Notes: a model not told the origin generated them from the sequence alone. A stretch of DNA of 64,000 bases from an uncultured Chloroflexia bacterium (GCA_963796365.1 CAWCLJ010000004.1:1162519-1226518), one strand, 5' to 3'; positions 29,357 to 39,956 are shown, numbered from the stretch's first letter. A program made the numbers and translations.

Positions 29357-29821
29357 ATGAAAGAAAAACCTGTTTTTGACGAATATTACAGACTCTGGAT
29401 GCTTTTAGCCGAGACCAGGTCGGCGGTATTTAAGGTGAGGCATAAAGTAGTCGGGAAATATCTGCCTCCCAATCATACGGCTGCCCTTATCGCAATCTGG
29501 AATTGGGAAGGACGGATAAGCCCGGCAATTCTGTCACAGCGGCTTTTCCTCGAGCCGCATACCGTCTCCGAGCTTATCAAGCGGATGCAAAAAAAAGGCC
29601 TGGTGACGAAGAAAAAGGACCCGGAGCGCGGCAATATCGTCAGGATTTCCATTACGGCAAAGGGACAGGAAGTCTGCAACCAGACCATGGGGCAGGAACT
29701 AATTCGTGGTTACATGTCCGCCCTTACCGCCGAACAGCGGGAGAAGCTGCGGGAAATATTGACGGTCCTGCACAGTAAAGCGCTGAAGGAACTGGGGATA
29801 GAAGAAGATGAATATCCCTAA
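29357..29821 (+). CDS. MarR-family transcriptional regulator
   Basis: Winged-helix region 'ISPAILSQRLFLEPHTVSELIKRMQKKGLVTKKKDPERGNIVRISIT'. Confidence 0.85.
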   Translation: MKEKPVFDEYYRLWMLLAETRSAVFKVRHKVVGKYLPPNHTAALIAIWNWEGRISPAILSQRLFLEPHTVSELIKRMQKKGLVTKKKDPERGNIVRISITAKGQEVCNQTMGQELIRGYMSALTAEQREKLREILTVLHSKALKELGIEEDEYP

Positions 29822-30128
29822 TCTTTTTCCACCCAGGCATCAAATCCCCAGGCCATGCGCAGGATATCTTGGCCGGCCATTCTGTCCATGCGTATGTGAG
29901 CATCCAGGATTTTCACACCCGACCTCCTTGTGAAACAAATATGTAAAAATCCCGTTGTCTTATCAATTTGCCGTGTTCCGGTGTTAAACACGATGAAAGT
30001 TTCAAACCTGACGAAATATCGCGACGTTCCTTATTTATTCTTTTAAAATCAGATTGTCAAACAGGGCAGTTTGGCCCTTTACGGCCAGCGCCTGCGTAAC
30101 AGCTATAATAAAATAGGTTAAAGCACTA

Positions 30129-30157
30129 TTGCAAAAACAAATATGCCAGTATATAAT
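30129..30157 (+). promoter_or_regulatory. near-consensus promoter of the zinc-ribbon gene
   Basis: TTGCAA (30129-30134), a 17-bp spacer, then TATAAT (30152-30157). This implies a 5' UTR of ~105-110 nt. Confidence 0.6.
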
Positions 30158-30223
30158 ATGCAACGGTGGTTTTCAGTCTAGGTTATCGCAAATGCTAAGA
30201 AATTACTTATACCCGACCCAGTT

Positions 30224-30273
30224 ACGGATGACCTTAGCTCTAACCAACTAATATAGGAAAGGAGGTCATCCGT
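30224..30273 (+). promoter_or_regulatory. 5' UTR hairpin sequestering SD and start codon
   Basis: Perfect 11-bp inverted repeat ACGGATGACCT (30224-30234) / AGGTCATCCGT (30263-30273). The 3' arm covers part of AAGGAGG and the first two bases of the GTG start (30272). Confidence 0.6.
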
Positions 30274-30568
30274 GGCTTTTCAGGACAAAACATTAACTTG
30301 CTCCGATTGCGGCACGCAGTTCACCTTCTCCGCAGCCGAACAGGAGTTTTTCCAGTCCAAGGGTTACACTAATGAACCCAAACGCTGCCCCACCTGCCGT
30401 CAGGCGAGAAAGACCGAACGCATGGGTTCCAGCGGCATGAAACAACGCCAGATGTACCCCGCTACCTGTGCCGAATGCGGCAAGGATACGGAAGTACCTT
30501 TTGAGCCCAGGGAAGGCAGACCCGTGTATTGCTCCGACTGCTTTAGCAAAATGCGGACTAACCGCTAA
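30272..30568 (+). CDS. tandem zinc-ribbon protein (CxxC-x17-CxxC type)
   Basis: 'CSDCGTQFTFSAAEQEFFQSKGYTNEPKRCPTCR' and 'CAECGKDTEVPFEPREGRPVYCSDC'. Confidence 0.8.
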   Translation: MAFQDKTLTCSDCGTQFTFSAAEQEFFQSKGYTNEPKRCPTCRQARKTERMGSSGMKQRQMYPATCAECGKDTEVPFEPREGRPVYCSDCFSKMRTNR

Positions 30569-30595
30569 TTAAGTCCTCTATAATTGCTGGCACAA

Positions 30596-30636
30596 AGATA
30601 GGCCGGTGAAATTACTTTCACCGGCCTATCTTTTTA
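30596..30636 (+). terminator. rho-independent terminator
   Basis: Long stem AGATAGGCCGGTGAAA/TTTCACCGGCCTATCT followed by TTTTT. Confidence 0.85.
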
Positions 30637-30854
30637 TATCAGGGAATAGGGTAAAGGGAATAGGGTGTTGGAAGGATTATACAAACCGATTATTTAGTGT
30701 TTAGGAGTCAGAATTTTAACAGGGTGGAGGAGTGCCCGTGGATTGAAAGCTGAAAGCAGATAACTGACAGCTAATAACTAACCCCTGTTCTTTATACAAA
30801 CAAATTGAAATGAGAATGCCGCAAGCAATATCCTTAGAGGGACGTCTTAAATTT

Positions 30855-31172
30855 TTATTCTTTGATATATGAACAGCAATAATCGGAAACCTCATCGGCG
30901 GCAACCTTGAATTTGCTGTTCGCAGGGATTTCAAAAGCCTGTCCGGGGCCGAATGATTCCCATTTTTTGCCGCCGGGTAAGAGAGCTTTAAGTATCCCGG
31001 CTAAAACTTCCATGCGCTCCCTGTCCGCGGTACCAAATTCATATTCGCCGGGCAGGATAATACCCAGCGTTTTCCTGGTCCCGTCCTCAAACAAGACCGT
31101 CCGGGATGTAACATTTCCTTTGAAATAAATGTTGGCTTTTTTTACGACGGTCACATTGGTAAAATTATCCAC
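30855..31172 (-). CDS. ppnP: pyrimidine/purine nucleoside phosphorylase PpnP (DUF1255/YaiE family)
   Basis: '[14 protein letters not shown]', '[18 protein letters not shown]' and 'YCCSY' match the UPF0345 pattern. Confidence 0.8.
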   Translation of the reverse strand: MDNFTNVTVVKKANIYFKGNVTSRTVLFEDGTRKTLGIILPGEYEFGTADRERMEVLAGILKALLPGGKKWESFGPGQAFEIPANSKFKVAADEVSDYCCSYIKE

Positions 31173-31244
31173 AACAATCTCCTGTTATATTATGTATCAC
31201 AAAAAAGGGGTGGGGACTAAAAGCTGACAGCTAATAACTAACAG

Positions 31245-32177
31245 CTATTCTTTATACAAATACAGCGGCTTTTTGTCCGTAATCACCCTGGTCTGCGCCG
31301 CCAGCGCATCCCGGATATATTTGGGAATCGCAAACATGCCGCGATGGGTGACGCCGTCGTAAAACTTGAGGCCGGTAATGCCCCTGGCCTTAATACGGTT
31401 GTCCACTTCATAGGAAGTTATCATCGAAGGGTCGTGCTTTCTCGAAGCGATGCAGAACCCCCACGGCCCGCCAAAACAGGGTACGTAAACCACGCACTGG
31501 GTAACCACCGGGAAAGCGGTCTTTAGCGTTTTGTTTACCGCCGTAAAATTCAGCAGTTCGGTAGGATTGGCGGAACCGGCCTGGACGGAAACCAGCCCGT
31601 CTTCATTAAGCCGGTCACGGCACAGCCAGTAAAATTCAGAAGTAAATAACTTCGCTGCCGGGCCTTCTTCTATCGGGTCCGGCAAATCGATGATGATAAT
31701 ATCATATTTTTCTTTGGACTTTTTTAAATATTCCCGCGCATCCACATGGTGAACTTCAGCGCGGCGGTCTTCCAATGCGCCGGCAGCATGGTTCGGTAAA
31801 TATTTCCTGCTTAATACAGTCACTTCCTCATCGATGTCCACCATCACCGCTTTTTGCACGCTTTTATGACGCAGGACTTCCCTTAAAGTGGCGCCCTCCC
31901 CGCCGCCGGCAATAAACACCGTCTTTGGTTCCGGGTGCGTCACCATTACCGGCTGCACCAGCCCCTCGTGATAGATAAACTCATCCCTTTCGCTGGACTG
32001 TATCTTGTTGTCCAGTATCAGGCAAATGCCCAAATTTCTGCTGCGCACGATTCTGGCGGCCTGAAATTTCGTCTGCCCCTCATAGAGCACTTCATCCAGC
32101 CGGTGCCGCTGCAGGAAATTTTCGTTTATCTTGTCTTCAAACCATTGATTGTTTAAATTATCTGGGTCTTTATCCAT
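31245..32177 (-). CDS. speE: spermidine synthase
   Basis: 'VFIAGGGEGATLREVLRH' and 'YDIIIIDLPDP'. It lies directly downstream of speH. Confidence 0.9.
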   Translation of the reverse strand: MDKDPDNLNNQWFEDKINENFLQRHRLDEVLYEGQTKFQAARIVRSRNLGICLILDNKIQSSERDEFIYHEGLVQPVMVTHPEPKTVFIAGGGEGATLREVLRHKSVQKAVMVDIDEEVTVLSRKYLPNHAAGALEDRRAEVHHVDAREYLKKSKEKYDIIIIDLPDPIEEGPAAKLFTSEFYWLCRDRLNEDGLVSVQAGSANPTELLNFTAVNKTLKTAFPVVTQCVVYVPCFGGPWGFCIASRKHDPSMITSYEVDNRIKARGITGLKFYDGVTHRGMFAIPKYIRDALAAQTRVITDKKPLYLYKE

Positions 32178-32187
32178 AAAAATCCGT

Positions 32188-32547
32188 TTATTGTACGGTT
32201 ACAAGGACTCCTCTCGGTACTTCTATCAGGGAATGATTTTTGGCCTCGAGCTTTTCGATGAGTACATCGGCGGCAATTTGCGGGTTGACGGAGGTGCCGC
32301 AGGTAAAAACATCCACCGCTGCATAGCCGAATTCCGGCCAGGTATGAATGGAAATGTGAGATTCAGCAATGACCACCACCCCGCTCACCCCCTGCGGATT
32401 GAAATGATGAAATTGGCTGCCGAGGACTACTGCGCCGCAATCTATGGCGGCTTTCAGCATGACATCGCGGATAAGGTCCGTGTTGTCTAGAGCCTCCCGG
32501 TTACAGTCGTGAAGCTCTACAAGCAAGTGCCTACCTAAAGCATTCAA
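32188..32547 (-). CDS. speH: S-adenosylmethionine decarboxylase proenzyme (small bacterial type)
   Basis: 'GRHLLVELHDC' and the self-processing site context 'VIAESHISIHTWPE'. TTG start. Confidence 0.9.
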   Translation of the reverse strand: MNALGRHLLVELHDCNREALDNTDLIRDVMLKAAIDCGAVVLGSQFHHFNPQGVSGVVVIAESHISIHTWPEFGYAAVDVFTCGTSVNPQIAADVLIEKLEAKNHSLIEVPRGVLVTVQ

Positions 32548-32761
32548 TCACCTGCCCCCCTTTGAAGAGTTTATTCCCTTTCTTGTTAAATGGCCGGGTC
32601 GCCATGGTAATTATCCTCATTTATATTACCTTACCAAATAAAAATTCCCAGAGCAATAATGCCACCCCAGGAACCCGCCCCGCTTTCCCCTTTTATTGAA
32701 GCGCAGGGCTTTCACTTAATTATAACGGTTAAACCGCTATGTTGATAAGTCCCCTTTCCTG

Positions 32762-33691
32762 TTACCCAAAAATTTTCATATCCAGGTTTTGTTTGACAAT
32801 TTCTCCCAGCTTGGCCAGTTTCTTTTCCTGGTTCAGCCGTGATTTTGCCAATGCATTCTCGATACCGGTAACGATGTCATTCGTGTCTGAATCGGTTACG
32901 ATTACCGGCACGCCCCTGCGGTTGGCTTTGTTAACGACATTATAAATAGGCGGCTGGGTGCTGCCCGCCAGCACCAGGGCGGCAGTTGGGGTTTCCAGGG
33001 CGGCAAGCTGCATGTCCGCGCGTTCCTGCCGGATGACGGCGGCTTTTTTGCTCTTGCGGATGAAATAATCCACACCGGAGTCCGGCGTCATCGCCCCGAG
33101 CATGTAATTTTCTACCAGCTCGTCGTTGTTCTTTGTTTGGTTGATGATTTTGCCTTTGATGCCTTCCGCCAGTTCGGCGACCGTTATCGCCAGCAGTATC
33201 CGGTTTTCCGGAATGACCCCCAGTACTTTAACTGCCCCGGCAGCGGCTTCCTTGACCTTCTTCAGCAGGCTTTGCGGTACTTTATTGATGATGACGCCGA
33301 GGAAACTATCCCCGAAACCCTTGTATAATTCGGCATATTTAACGCCGGAAAAATCGGGAGTGTAAGCTTCAACGGCGATAACTTTGGCTTTCATTTCTTT
33401 GGAAGCGCCGTAAGCGTCTTTGCTGGCAGCGTCGGAAGCTTTTTCCCCGAGCCTGGCTTCAACCAGCACGACATCCCGTCCCTGGATAATGTCAGGAGCA
33501 TTAACGATGTCCGCCAGGCCCAGCGTTTTTCTCATGAAAGAGATATCGCCGTCCGCCACGCCTTTATCGGAGGCCTGGGGTTTAAGATATCCTACTTTTT
33601 TCCCTGCGTTGACCAGGTTGATAGCGATACCGGCGCAAATAGCTGTCTTTCCTGCCGCTTCTTCTGCCGATACGATGTATAAAACGCCCAA
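32762..33691 (-). CDS. BioD-like P-loop / DRTGG domain protein (Pta N-terminal-like)
   Basis: 'SAEEAAGKTAICAGIA' P-loop and the DRTGG-type block 'IRQERADMQLAALETPTAALVLAGSTQP'. Confidence 0.75.
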   Translation of the reverse strand: MGVLYIVSAEEAAGKTAICAGIAINLVNAGKKVGYLKPQASDKGVADGDISFMRKTLGLADIVNAPDIIQGRDVVLVEARLGEKASDAASKDAYGASKEMKAKVIAVEAYTPDFSGVKYAELYKGFGDSFLGVIINKVPQSLLKKVKEAAAGAVKVLGVIPENRILLAITVAELAEGIKGKIINQTKNNDELVENYMLGAMTPDSGVDYFIRKSKKAAVIRQERADMQLAALETPTAALVLAGSTQPPIYNVVNKANRRGVPVIVTDSDTNDIVTGIENALAKSRLNQEKKLAKLGEIVKQNLDMKIFG

Positions 33692-34289
33692 TTTTTACTC
33701 CGGGTTTATTACTTATAATTAACCAATATATTATAATGCATTACGCACATGACGTAAAGGGTTTTTAAATATTTTTAGGGGATAGAGAATAGGGTATAGG
33801 GAAATAGGACACAATGGATAGAGTTTGTCACTCCCGCGCAGCCTGCCCCGCACGACAATCGGGGGCCGGAATCTAACATTACCCAAATATATTTTAAGGG
33901 CTGTAACATAACGCATTGAATCAGCATAATACATTGTCACCCCTTGTTAAAGGGAGAGACGAAGAGGATTTGGGGGGAAGAGATTAACAGCTTATAAAAG
34001 GTAAATCCAGCCATCGCCACATATCAGGCGAAACAGGCTTCCAGTCTATCGGCACAGGCGGGGACGCCTGTGCCGCCGGGGAAAAAGGGTTGGGCTTTAG
34101 AATTTTCCCCTACTTATCTTCCCTTCGCCCTTCTCCCTGAAATCAGTATTTATCTATGTAACTGACTTGACAAGCCTGCGCGCAAGTGATAGGTTATACA
34201 TTGGTTTTCCAAGAGAGGCTGGGAATTCCTTTTTTACATTTAGTTCGATTCTATTACCGGCAGCCCTGTGAGTTACGAGAGGTGGAAAG

Positions 34290-34580
34290 ATGACTATTGA
34301 GCTCATTCACATTGGATTCGGGAACATACTGGCTATGAACAGGGCTATCGCCATCGCTTCTCCCAACTCCGCCCCCACCAAGCGCATCATCCATGACGGC
34401 CGGGAAGCCGGCAAAGTAATCGATATGACGAGCGGCAGAAGGACCAAGGCAGTAATCTTTACCGATAGCGGGCACATCGTTTTAGCCGCCCTCGCCCCGG
34501 AAACTATTGCCTCGCGCCTGCAGGCAACCAAAACCGGGGTTCTTTCTAAACAGGACAGTGACAATCCAGATGAGCCCTAA
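34290..34580 (+). CDS. remA: RemA/DUF370 family regulatory protein
   Basis: '[64 protein letters not shown]' is close to RemA throughout. Confidence 0.9.
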   Translation: MTIELIHIGFGNILAMNRAIAIASPNSAPTKRIIHDGREAGKVIDMTSGRRTKAVIFTDSGHIVLAALAPETIASRLQATKTGVLSKQDSDNPDEP

Positions 34581-35196
34581 AAGCTTTTCTTTACCCAATA
34601 ATCCGGTCAAGCCTTTATTAATCGTCCTTTCCGGCCTTTCCGGCGTCGGCAAAGATACCGTTTTAGCCGGTCTCCGAAAATCGGGACTTCCGGCTGCTAT
34701 CAGCATCTCCGCTACTACCCGCGCCCGCCGCCCGGCGGAAAAAGACGGTGTGGACTATTATTTTGTCTCTGACGCAAAATTCCAGGAAATGATTGACGGC
34801 AACGAACTGCTGGAATGGGCGGTTGTTTACGGCAACCGATACGGTATTCCCAAAGCGCCGGTGCGGCAATGGCTCAAAGAGGGTAAAGACGTCATCGTAA
34901 AAATAGATGTGCAGGGCGCAGCCACCATAAAGAAAAATGTCCCGGAGGCCGTTCTCATATTCCTCTGCACGTTAAGCATGGAGGAACTGGAAAGGCGTTT
35001 GAAGAAACGCCGCACGGAATCCCCGAAAGAGCTTGCTCTGCGCCTGAAGACGGCGGAAAATGAAATGGCTAAAATGGATATGTTCGATTACGTCATTATC
35101 AACCGGGAAAATGAAGTGGAACGTACTATCGAAGATGTTAAATCGATAATCGCAGCGGAAAAATGCCGCGTAAAACGGCGGGAAGTAAACCTCTAA
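34570..35196 (+). CDS. gmk: guanylate kinase
   Basis: '[11 protein letters not shown]' P-loop and '[21 protein letters not shown]'. The ATG at 34570 overlaps the end of remA. Confidence 0.9.
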   Translation: MSPKSFSLPNNPVKPLLIVLSGLSGVGKDTVLAGLRKSGLPAAISISATTRARRPAEKDGVDYYFVSDAKFQEMIDGNELLEWAVVYGNRYGIPKAPVRQWLKEGKDVIVKIDVQGAATIKKNVPEAVLIFLCTLSMEELERRLKKRRTESPKELALRLKTAENEMAKMDMFDYVIINRENEVERTIEDVKSIIAAEKCRVKRREVNL

Positions 35197-35199
35197 TCT

Positions 35200-36195
35200 T
35201 TAAAGGAACCTGGTTAGAATCAGCGAAAAAATATATCCCATCAGTCCACATATCGGGAACGTTATTATCCACGTCAGAACGATGTTCCTGGCAACACCCC
35301 ACCGCACCGCCGTAAAGCGCCGGCTGGCACCTACGCCCAATATCGATGTCGTTATGCAGTGTGTCGTGCTTAGCGGTACCCCGAACCTGGATGCTATCAA
35401 TATCGCCGCGCTGGCGGAAGTTTCTGCCGCAAAACCGTTTATCGGTTCCAGTTTGGTCAGCTTATTCCCCAGCGTGTGAATAATGCGCCACCCCCCGATG
35501 ATGGTACCCAGCCCCATAATGGTCCCGCAGGCAACCATGACATACCACGGCACGCTGAATTTCGCCAGCTTTCCGCCCAGCACCAGCGCTAAAGCAAAGA
35601 CCCCCATGAATTTCTGGCCGTCATTGCTGCCGTGGCTGAATGCCATGAAGGCTGAAGACAGGATTTGGAGACGGCTGAACACTTTACGGATGCTGCCGAG
35701 TTTGAAACCTTGTAACGCCCAGTAAAGAATACTCATGATAATGGCGCCGAAAAGGAAACCGACAATCGTTGAAAATCCAAGGCCGATAAGCACTTTCTCC
35801 CAACCCGACCACAGCAGCGCATTTTTGCCTGCCGCCGCCAGCCCGGCCCCGGTCATCCCGGCGATAAGCTCGTGGCTTTTGCTGGTAGGAATCGCAAAAT
35901 ACCAGGTGAAGCCGCTCCATATCAGTATCGTTATCATGGCCGCGGCTACCACCTCCAGGGAAATAGAGCCCGGTTTAACAATGCCGGACCCGATGGTGGA
36001 AGCGACAGCCGTGCCCGTCGTCAAAGCGCCGGTGAGGTTGAGGACGGCTGCCATGAGGACGGCCTGCAACGGTGAAAGTACTCGGGTGGCAACGACCGTA
36101 GCGATAGCATTGGGTGCGTCCGTCCAGCCGTTAACGAATTCAGCGCCCAGCACCAGAACCAGCGTCACCGCCAGCAGGGCAGTGGAGTTAGGCAT
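35200..36195 (-). CDS. inorganic phosphate transporter, PiT (PHO4) family
   Basis: 'GWTDAPNAIATVV' and 'GSNDGQKFMG' PiT signatures. Confidence 0.9.
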   Translation of the reverse strand: MPNSTALLAVTLVLVLGAEFVNGWTDAPNAIATVVATRVLSPLQAVLMAAVLNLTGALTTGTAVASTIGSGIVKPGSISLEVVAAAMITILIWSGFTWYFAIPTSKSHELIAGMTGAGLAAAGKNALLWSGWEKVLIGLGFSTIVGFLFGAIIMSILYWALQGFKLGSIRKVFSRLQILSSAFMAFSHGSNDGQKFMGVFALALVLGGKLAKFSVPWYVMVACGTIMGLGTIIGGWRIIHTLGNKLTKLEPINGFAAETSASAAILIASRFGVPLSTTHCITTSILGVGASRRFTAVRWGVARNIVLTWIITFPICGLMGYIFSLILTRFL

Positions 36196-36817
36196 TCTTT
36201 AGAGCGACCCCTTCCAGGACATCGGCGACATCTTCGCACCGATCCGTCGTGGTTTCCATGTGTTCGTAAATTTCCCGCCATTTAATAATTTTGGCGATAT
36301 CTCCCGTATCGTCAAAAAGCTCACCGATGGCGGCGCGGTAAACGCGGTCGGCAGCGTTTTCCAGCCGGTTTATCTCCACACATTCTTCAAGAATGTTTTT
36401 AAATTCTGACTTGCGCCGTAAGCCGCGGACGGCTTTTTCCGTGACGGTTGTTGCCTGCACGATGATATCCGCCAGCTCTTTGGCGCGCTGGGTAGGGGCG
36501 GTTATTTTATAGATGAACATCGAGTCGGCCGCGGCGTGGATAAAGTCCATGATATCATCCATCGTATGCGCCAGCAGGGCGATGTCCTCACGGTCGAAAG
36601 GCGTCACGAAGGTGCGGTGCAGCAGTGAGATTACCTGGTGGGTAATAGAATCCCCTTCATGCTCCATCTCCGTGATTTCCGCCACGTGGCTATCGATGAA
36701 CTGCCAGGTATCGACCATTTCCTTCAGGCTTTGCGCCGCCTTGATGGTATTTTTTGCGCTCGCCTCGAAAAGGTCGAAGAATTTTTGCTCTTTAGGCATG
36801 AAAGATAATTTAGCCAT
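36188..36817 (-). CDS. DUF47 / PhoU-like phosphate-transport regulator
   Basis: 209 aa, helical, 'FDLFEASAKN', 'EHEGDSITHQV', 'ENAADRVYR'. Overlaps the pit start by 8 nt. Confidence 0.85.
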   Translation of the reverse strand: MAKLSFMPKEQKFFDLFEASAKNTIKAAQSLKEMVDTWQFIDSHVAEITEMEHEGDSITHQVISLLHRTFVTPFDREDIALLAHTMDDIMDFIHAAADSMFIYKITAPTQRAKELADIIVQATTVTEKAVRGLRRKSEFKNILEECVEINRLENAADRVYRAAIGELFDDTGDIAKIIKWREIYEHMETTTDRCEDVADVLEGVALKNA

Positions 36818-36853
36818 ACCGATACCTCTTTTGTACCTTTAGTTTATCCCCGT

Positions 36854-36892
36854 AAAAATAAAAATCCGGCGGTTAATGATAAATCCGCCGGA
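36854..36892 (-). terminator. terminator-like hairpin in the leader of the DUF47-pit operon
   Basis: On the minus strand: TCCGGCGG, an 12-nt loop, CCGCCGGA, then TTTTTATTTTT. It ends ~37 nt upstream of the DUF47 ATG. Confidence 0.55.
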
Positions 36893-37553
36893 ATAATTGT
36901 TGTTGAAAAAAAGAAATAGACGGCTTGAAAAACAGTTTGATAAATGATGGTTTGCGGCGCCACAAGCACCCAAAGTTATCTGGCAAGCTAAATCTCCTTA
37001 CGGGGGGGGAATAACATGGGCTTCTGACCTAGAAAAGTTTAATTTAGAGACCAACCGGTTGTCAAGAAAATATAACCTTCAGCGATGGATTTTTTGTACA
37101 TTTTTTCATTGTAATTACCGACCCCGTATCAAGTATGTGGCAGGCTCTGACCGGGAATCCAGCATTGGTTTGACTTAATCAACGCCTTATCAGTATTCTT
37201 TCAAAAAGTGAAAACTAATAAATTTAGGAGTTTCGCTATTCAATGTTTGTTACAGTGGAAAGGCAGAACACTTCACTAAACCATGAGGTGAGATTACCAC
37301 GCCTCCTTCCGATGGTGCCCTTCGCTTCCCGATTTACTTCGTTCATATGGGACAGGTCGCTCGAGGGCAGGCTATTAGCTCACCATGACCCTTCGACAAG
37401 CACAGGGTGAGCGGGGAAGGATGGCCCGCAATTACATATCTTCCAAACGCGAAAGTACTAAACTTGTAACTAAAGTAAGGTGGGGCGGTGCATTGAAATA
37501 TTTGTCGTTGGTCCTTCCGATACCGGAAGGATTAGTATTTACCGGTAATATTT

Positions 37554-38915
37554 TTACTTTCCAGGATTCCCGGGCTCAGTCGGTCTGTCTTTCCGGTCTT
37601 GCCATTCCTTATAACGTTCCCAGATCTGGTTCTCATAACCCTGCAGGCCCGGGTTATAAAATTTTTTGTCTTTCATAGCATCCGGCAGGTGCTGCTGTTC
37701 TACTCTGTGGTCGGGGTAATCATGGGCGTATTTATAGTCTTTTCCGTAGCCCATGTCTTTCATCAATTGAGTAGGGGCATTACGCAGGTGCATCGGGACG
37801 CTTTCGCTGGCGCCGCGCTTGATATATTCCTGTACTTTGCTGAAAGCAGTATAAAGTGAATTGCTTTTGGGCGCGGTGGCGAGGTAAACGGCCGCTTCGG
37901 CCAGGGCCAGGTTGCCCTCCGGTAGCCCGATAAAGTGCACTGCCTGCTGCGCCGCCATGGCAATGACCAGCGCCTGCGGGTCCGCCATGCCGATATCTTC
38001 CGAGGCAAAACGCACCATCCGCCGGGCGATGTAAAGCGGGTCTTCGCCGCCTTCCAGCATCATCGCCACCCAGTAGATGGCGGCGTCAGGGTCGGAATCT
38101 CTCATGGACTTATGGAGAGCGGAAATCAGGTCATAATGCTGGTCGCCGGCCCGGTCGTACTGTATCGCCCGTTTTCCCATCGCATCTTCAATGACGGGCA
38201 GGGTAATAATTCTTTTCCCGAACTCGTCCGGGTTGGTGCTCAAAGCTGCGATTTCCAGCGTGTTCAGGGAAATGCGCGCGTCATTATTGGAGGCGTTTAT
38301 CAAGTGCAGCATGGCTTCCGGCGTAAGCTCGGCGTTAAGTTCCCCGATGCCGAGGAATTTATCTTTTAATGCCCGCTGTATCAGTACCTGTATTTCTTCC
38401 GCTTTCAACGGCTTAAGCGGGACGACGCGCGAGCGTGAAAGCAACGGTGATGTGACTTCAAAAGAGGGATTTTCCGTCGTTGCGCCGATGAGGGTTACCG
38501 TCCCATCTTCCACATAAGGGAGAACGGCATCCTGCTGCGTTTTATTGAAGCGGTGAATTTCATCGATGAAGAGGATGGTGCGCTGGCCGTGAACCTTGCG
38601 GCGTTCCTGCGCCTGGGAAACGATACGCCGGAGGTCGGCGACGCTGGCGCTCACGGCGCTGACCGGGGCAAAGACCGCCCCCGTGCCGTTGGCGATAACG
38701 TTGGCCAGTGTTGTTTTGCCGCAGCCGGGCGGCCCCCAGAATATCATGGAGGGGATGCGGTCTGCCTCGATAGCGCGCCGCAGCACCCGTCCCTTGCCTA
38801 TCAAATGCTCCTGGCCCACAAAGCCGTTGAGATTAGTCGGCCGCATACGGGTAGCCAGCGGTGCTCCCTGCATCGCCTGGCGCTCGGCCTCTTTATCAAA
38901 CATGTCCATGCTCAT
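37554..38915 (-). CDS. rarA: replication-associated recombination protein A (MgsA/RarA AAA+ ATPase)
   Basis: 'FWGPPGCGKTTLA', 'LFIDEIHRFNK' and C-terminal MgsA blocks 'HYDLISALHKSMRDSDPDAA'. Confidence 0.9.
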   Translation of the reverse strand: MSMDMFDKEAERQAMQGAPLATRMRPTNLNGFVGQEHLIGKGRVLRRAIEADRIPSMIFWGPPGCGKTTLANVIANGTGAVFAPVSAVSASVADLRRIVSQAQERRKVHGQRTILFIDEIHRFNKTQQDAVLPYVEDGTVTLIGATTENPSFEVTSPLLSRSRVVPLKPLKAEEIQVLIQRALKDKFLGIGELNAELTPEAMLHLINASNNDARISLNTLEIAALSTNPDEFGKRIITLPVIEDAMGKRAIQYDRAGDQHYDLISALHKSMRDSDPDAAIYWVAMMLEGGEDPLYIARRMVRFASEDIGMADPQALVIAMAAQQAVHFIGLPEGNLALAEAAVYLATAPKSNSLYTAFSKVQEYIKRGASESVPMHLRNAPTQLMKDMGYGKDYKYAHDYPDHRVEQQHLPDAMKDKKFYNPGLQGYENQIWERYKEWQDRKDRPTEPGNPGK

Positions 38916-39801
38916 GGTATGCCTGCTTATGTTTAATCTAAGATAAATTTACTCCAAACAGAATCAATATACAAGACGTGCAATCTCAAAAATCAAAAAT
39001 GAAATCTCATAACCACATCTTAAAGGTAAAATCTGTAGCGGTTTTTAGATACGAATCGTTTTGTAAAATATTGGATTTTAAAGTAATCTTTTTTATCGAA
39101 TATTTTTTGAGCGCGGCTGAAGCTAAATATTCGATATTCGATTTATGGTAAATAGCTTAATTTTCCCGGTTATTCGTTCCTTCGATTTACCAGCAGTCGG
39201 CTATTAGCTGTGAGCGATTAGCGATTGGCTTTCCAAATCCTCCTCGGCTCCTCCTTTTACAAAGGAGTGACGATGTACCCTGCAAAACGAGCAACATACA
39301 ATATAACCCCAAAATATATGCTAAGACAATGGTGGATTCCCGATTAGATCGGGAATGACAAGTGTAAAAAGGTGGGGCAGGCCTCCGTGCCTGCCCTGCA
39401 CAGGCGTGACGCCTGTAATACCGGCTTTATTCAGTTGTTAAGTTGCTTTAAAAGTACTTCTCTATTTTGTCATTCTGAGGAGTCCCGGAAGGACGACGTG
39501 AGAATCTCGAACATCGGGTTTGCACATACATTTAGATTCTCACGCCTTTCGGCCTTCGGCCTCAATGGCTCGCAATGACGGAGAAAAAAGAGCGAAGGTA
39601 ATAGTGCAAGGCAATAATAGTACAAATGTTCCGATAATGTCAAGAGGATTTTGTCAGAAATTGAAGCCGTAAAGAGAATGAAAATCCCTCTCTAACCCTC
39701 CCCTTACAAAGGGGAGAGGATGATTAGCTAAATCAATATATCTTTGGTTATATTCAATCTTTCCCTCTTTCGTAAGGAGGGATTAAGGGAGATTTAAAGA
39801 G

Positions 39802-39910
39802 ACCATTCCGTACCAGATACGGAATCCAGTGGTTCTAAAGGCGCTGGATTTGCCTTTAAATGGCACTTACCCGGGGAGATTTGGATAACGTTTTATAGCG
39901 TTATGGTTAT
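39802..39910 (+). repeat. dispersed ~105-nt multi-hairpin element, copy B2
   Basis: Homologous to 12079-12185. The terminal hairpin differs in sequence but stays self-complementary (ATAACG/CGTTAT here, CCGAT/ATCGG in B1). Confidence 0.75.
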
Positions 39911-39956
39911 CATGAGGTTTTGAGTTTTATATTTCGCGCTTTTTATTGCTCTCTTC

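Noticed and set aside
29818-29916. 32-codon minus-strand ORF (GTG after AAGGAGG) reading 'KILDAHIRMDRMAGQDILRMAWGFDAWVEKD', convergent with marR.
   Set aside because: The SD is good and the N-terminus resembles amidohydrolase starts. However, the ORF is too short and overlaps the marR stop. It is more likely a gene remnant than a functional micro-protein, and this cannot be decided from sequence alone.
36900-37550. Search for RNase P RNA, tmRNA or a riboswitch in the 650-bp spacer downstream of rarA.
   Set aside because: Only dispersed repeat modules are recognisable (CCCCGTATCAAGTA.., GACCCTTCGACAAGCACAGGGTGAGCGG, TCCTTCCG..CGGAAGGA). No conserved RNA-family motifs were seen.
39372-39578. 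68-aa ORF in the 1-kb spacer between rarA and the AMMECR1 gene.
   Set aside because: It is composed entirely of hairpin modules (ACAGGCG..CGCCTGT, GTCATTCTGAG.., ..CTCGCAATGAC) that recur in other spacers. It is a repeat-generated ORF.
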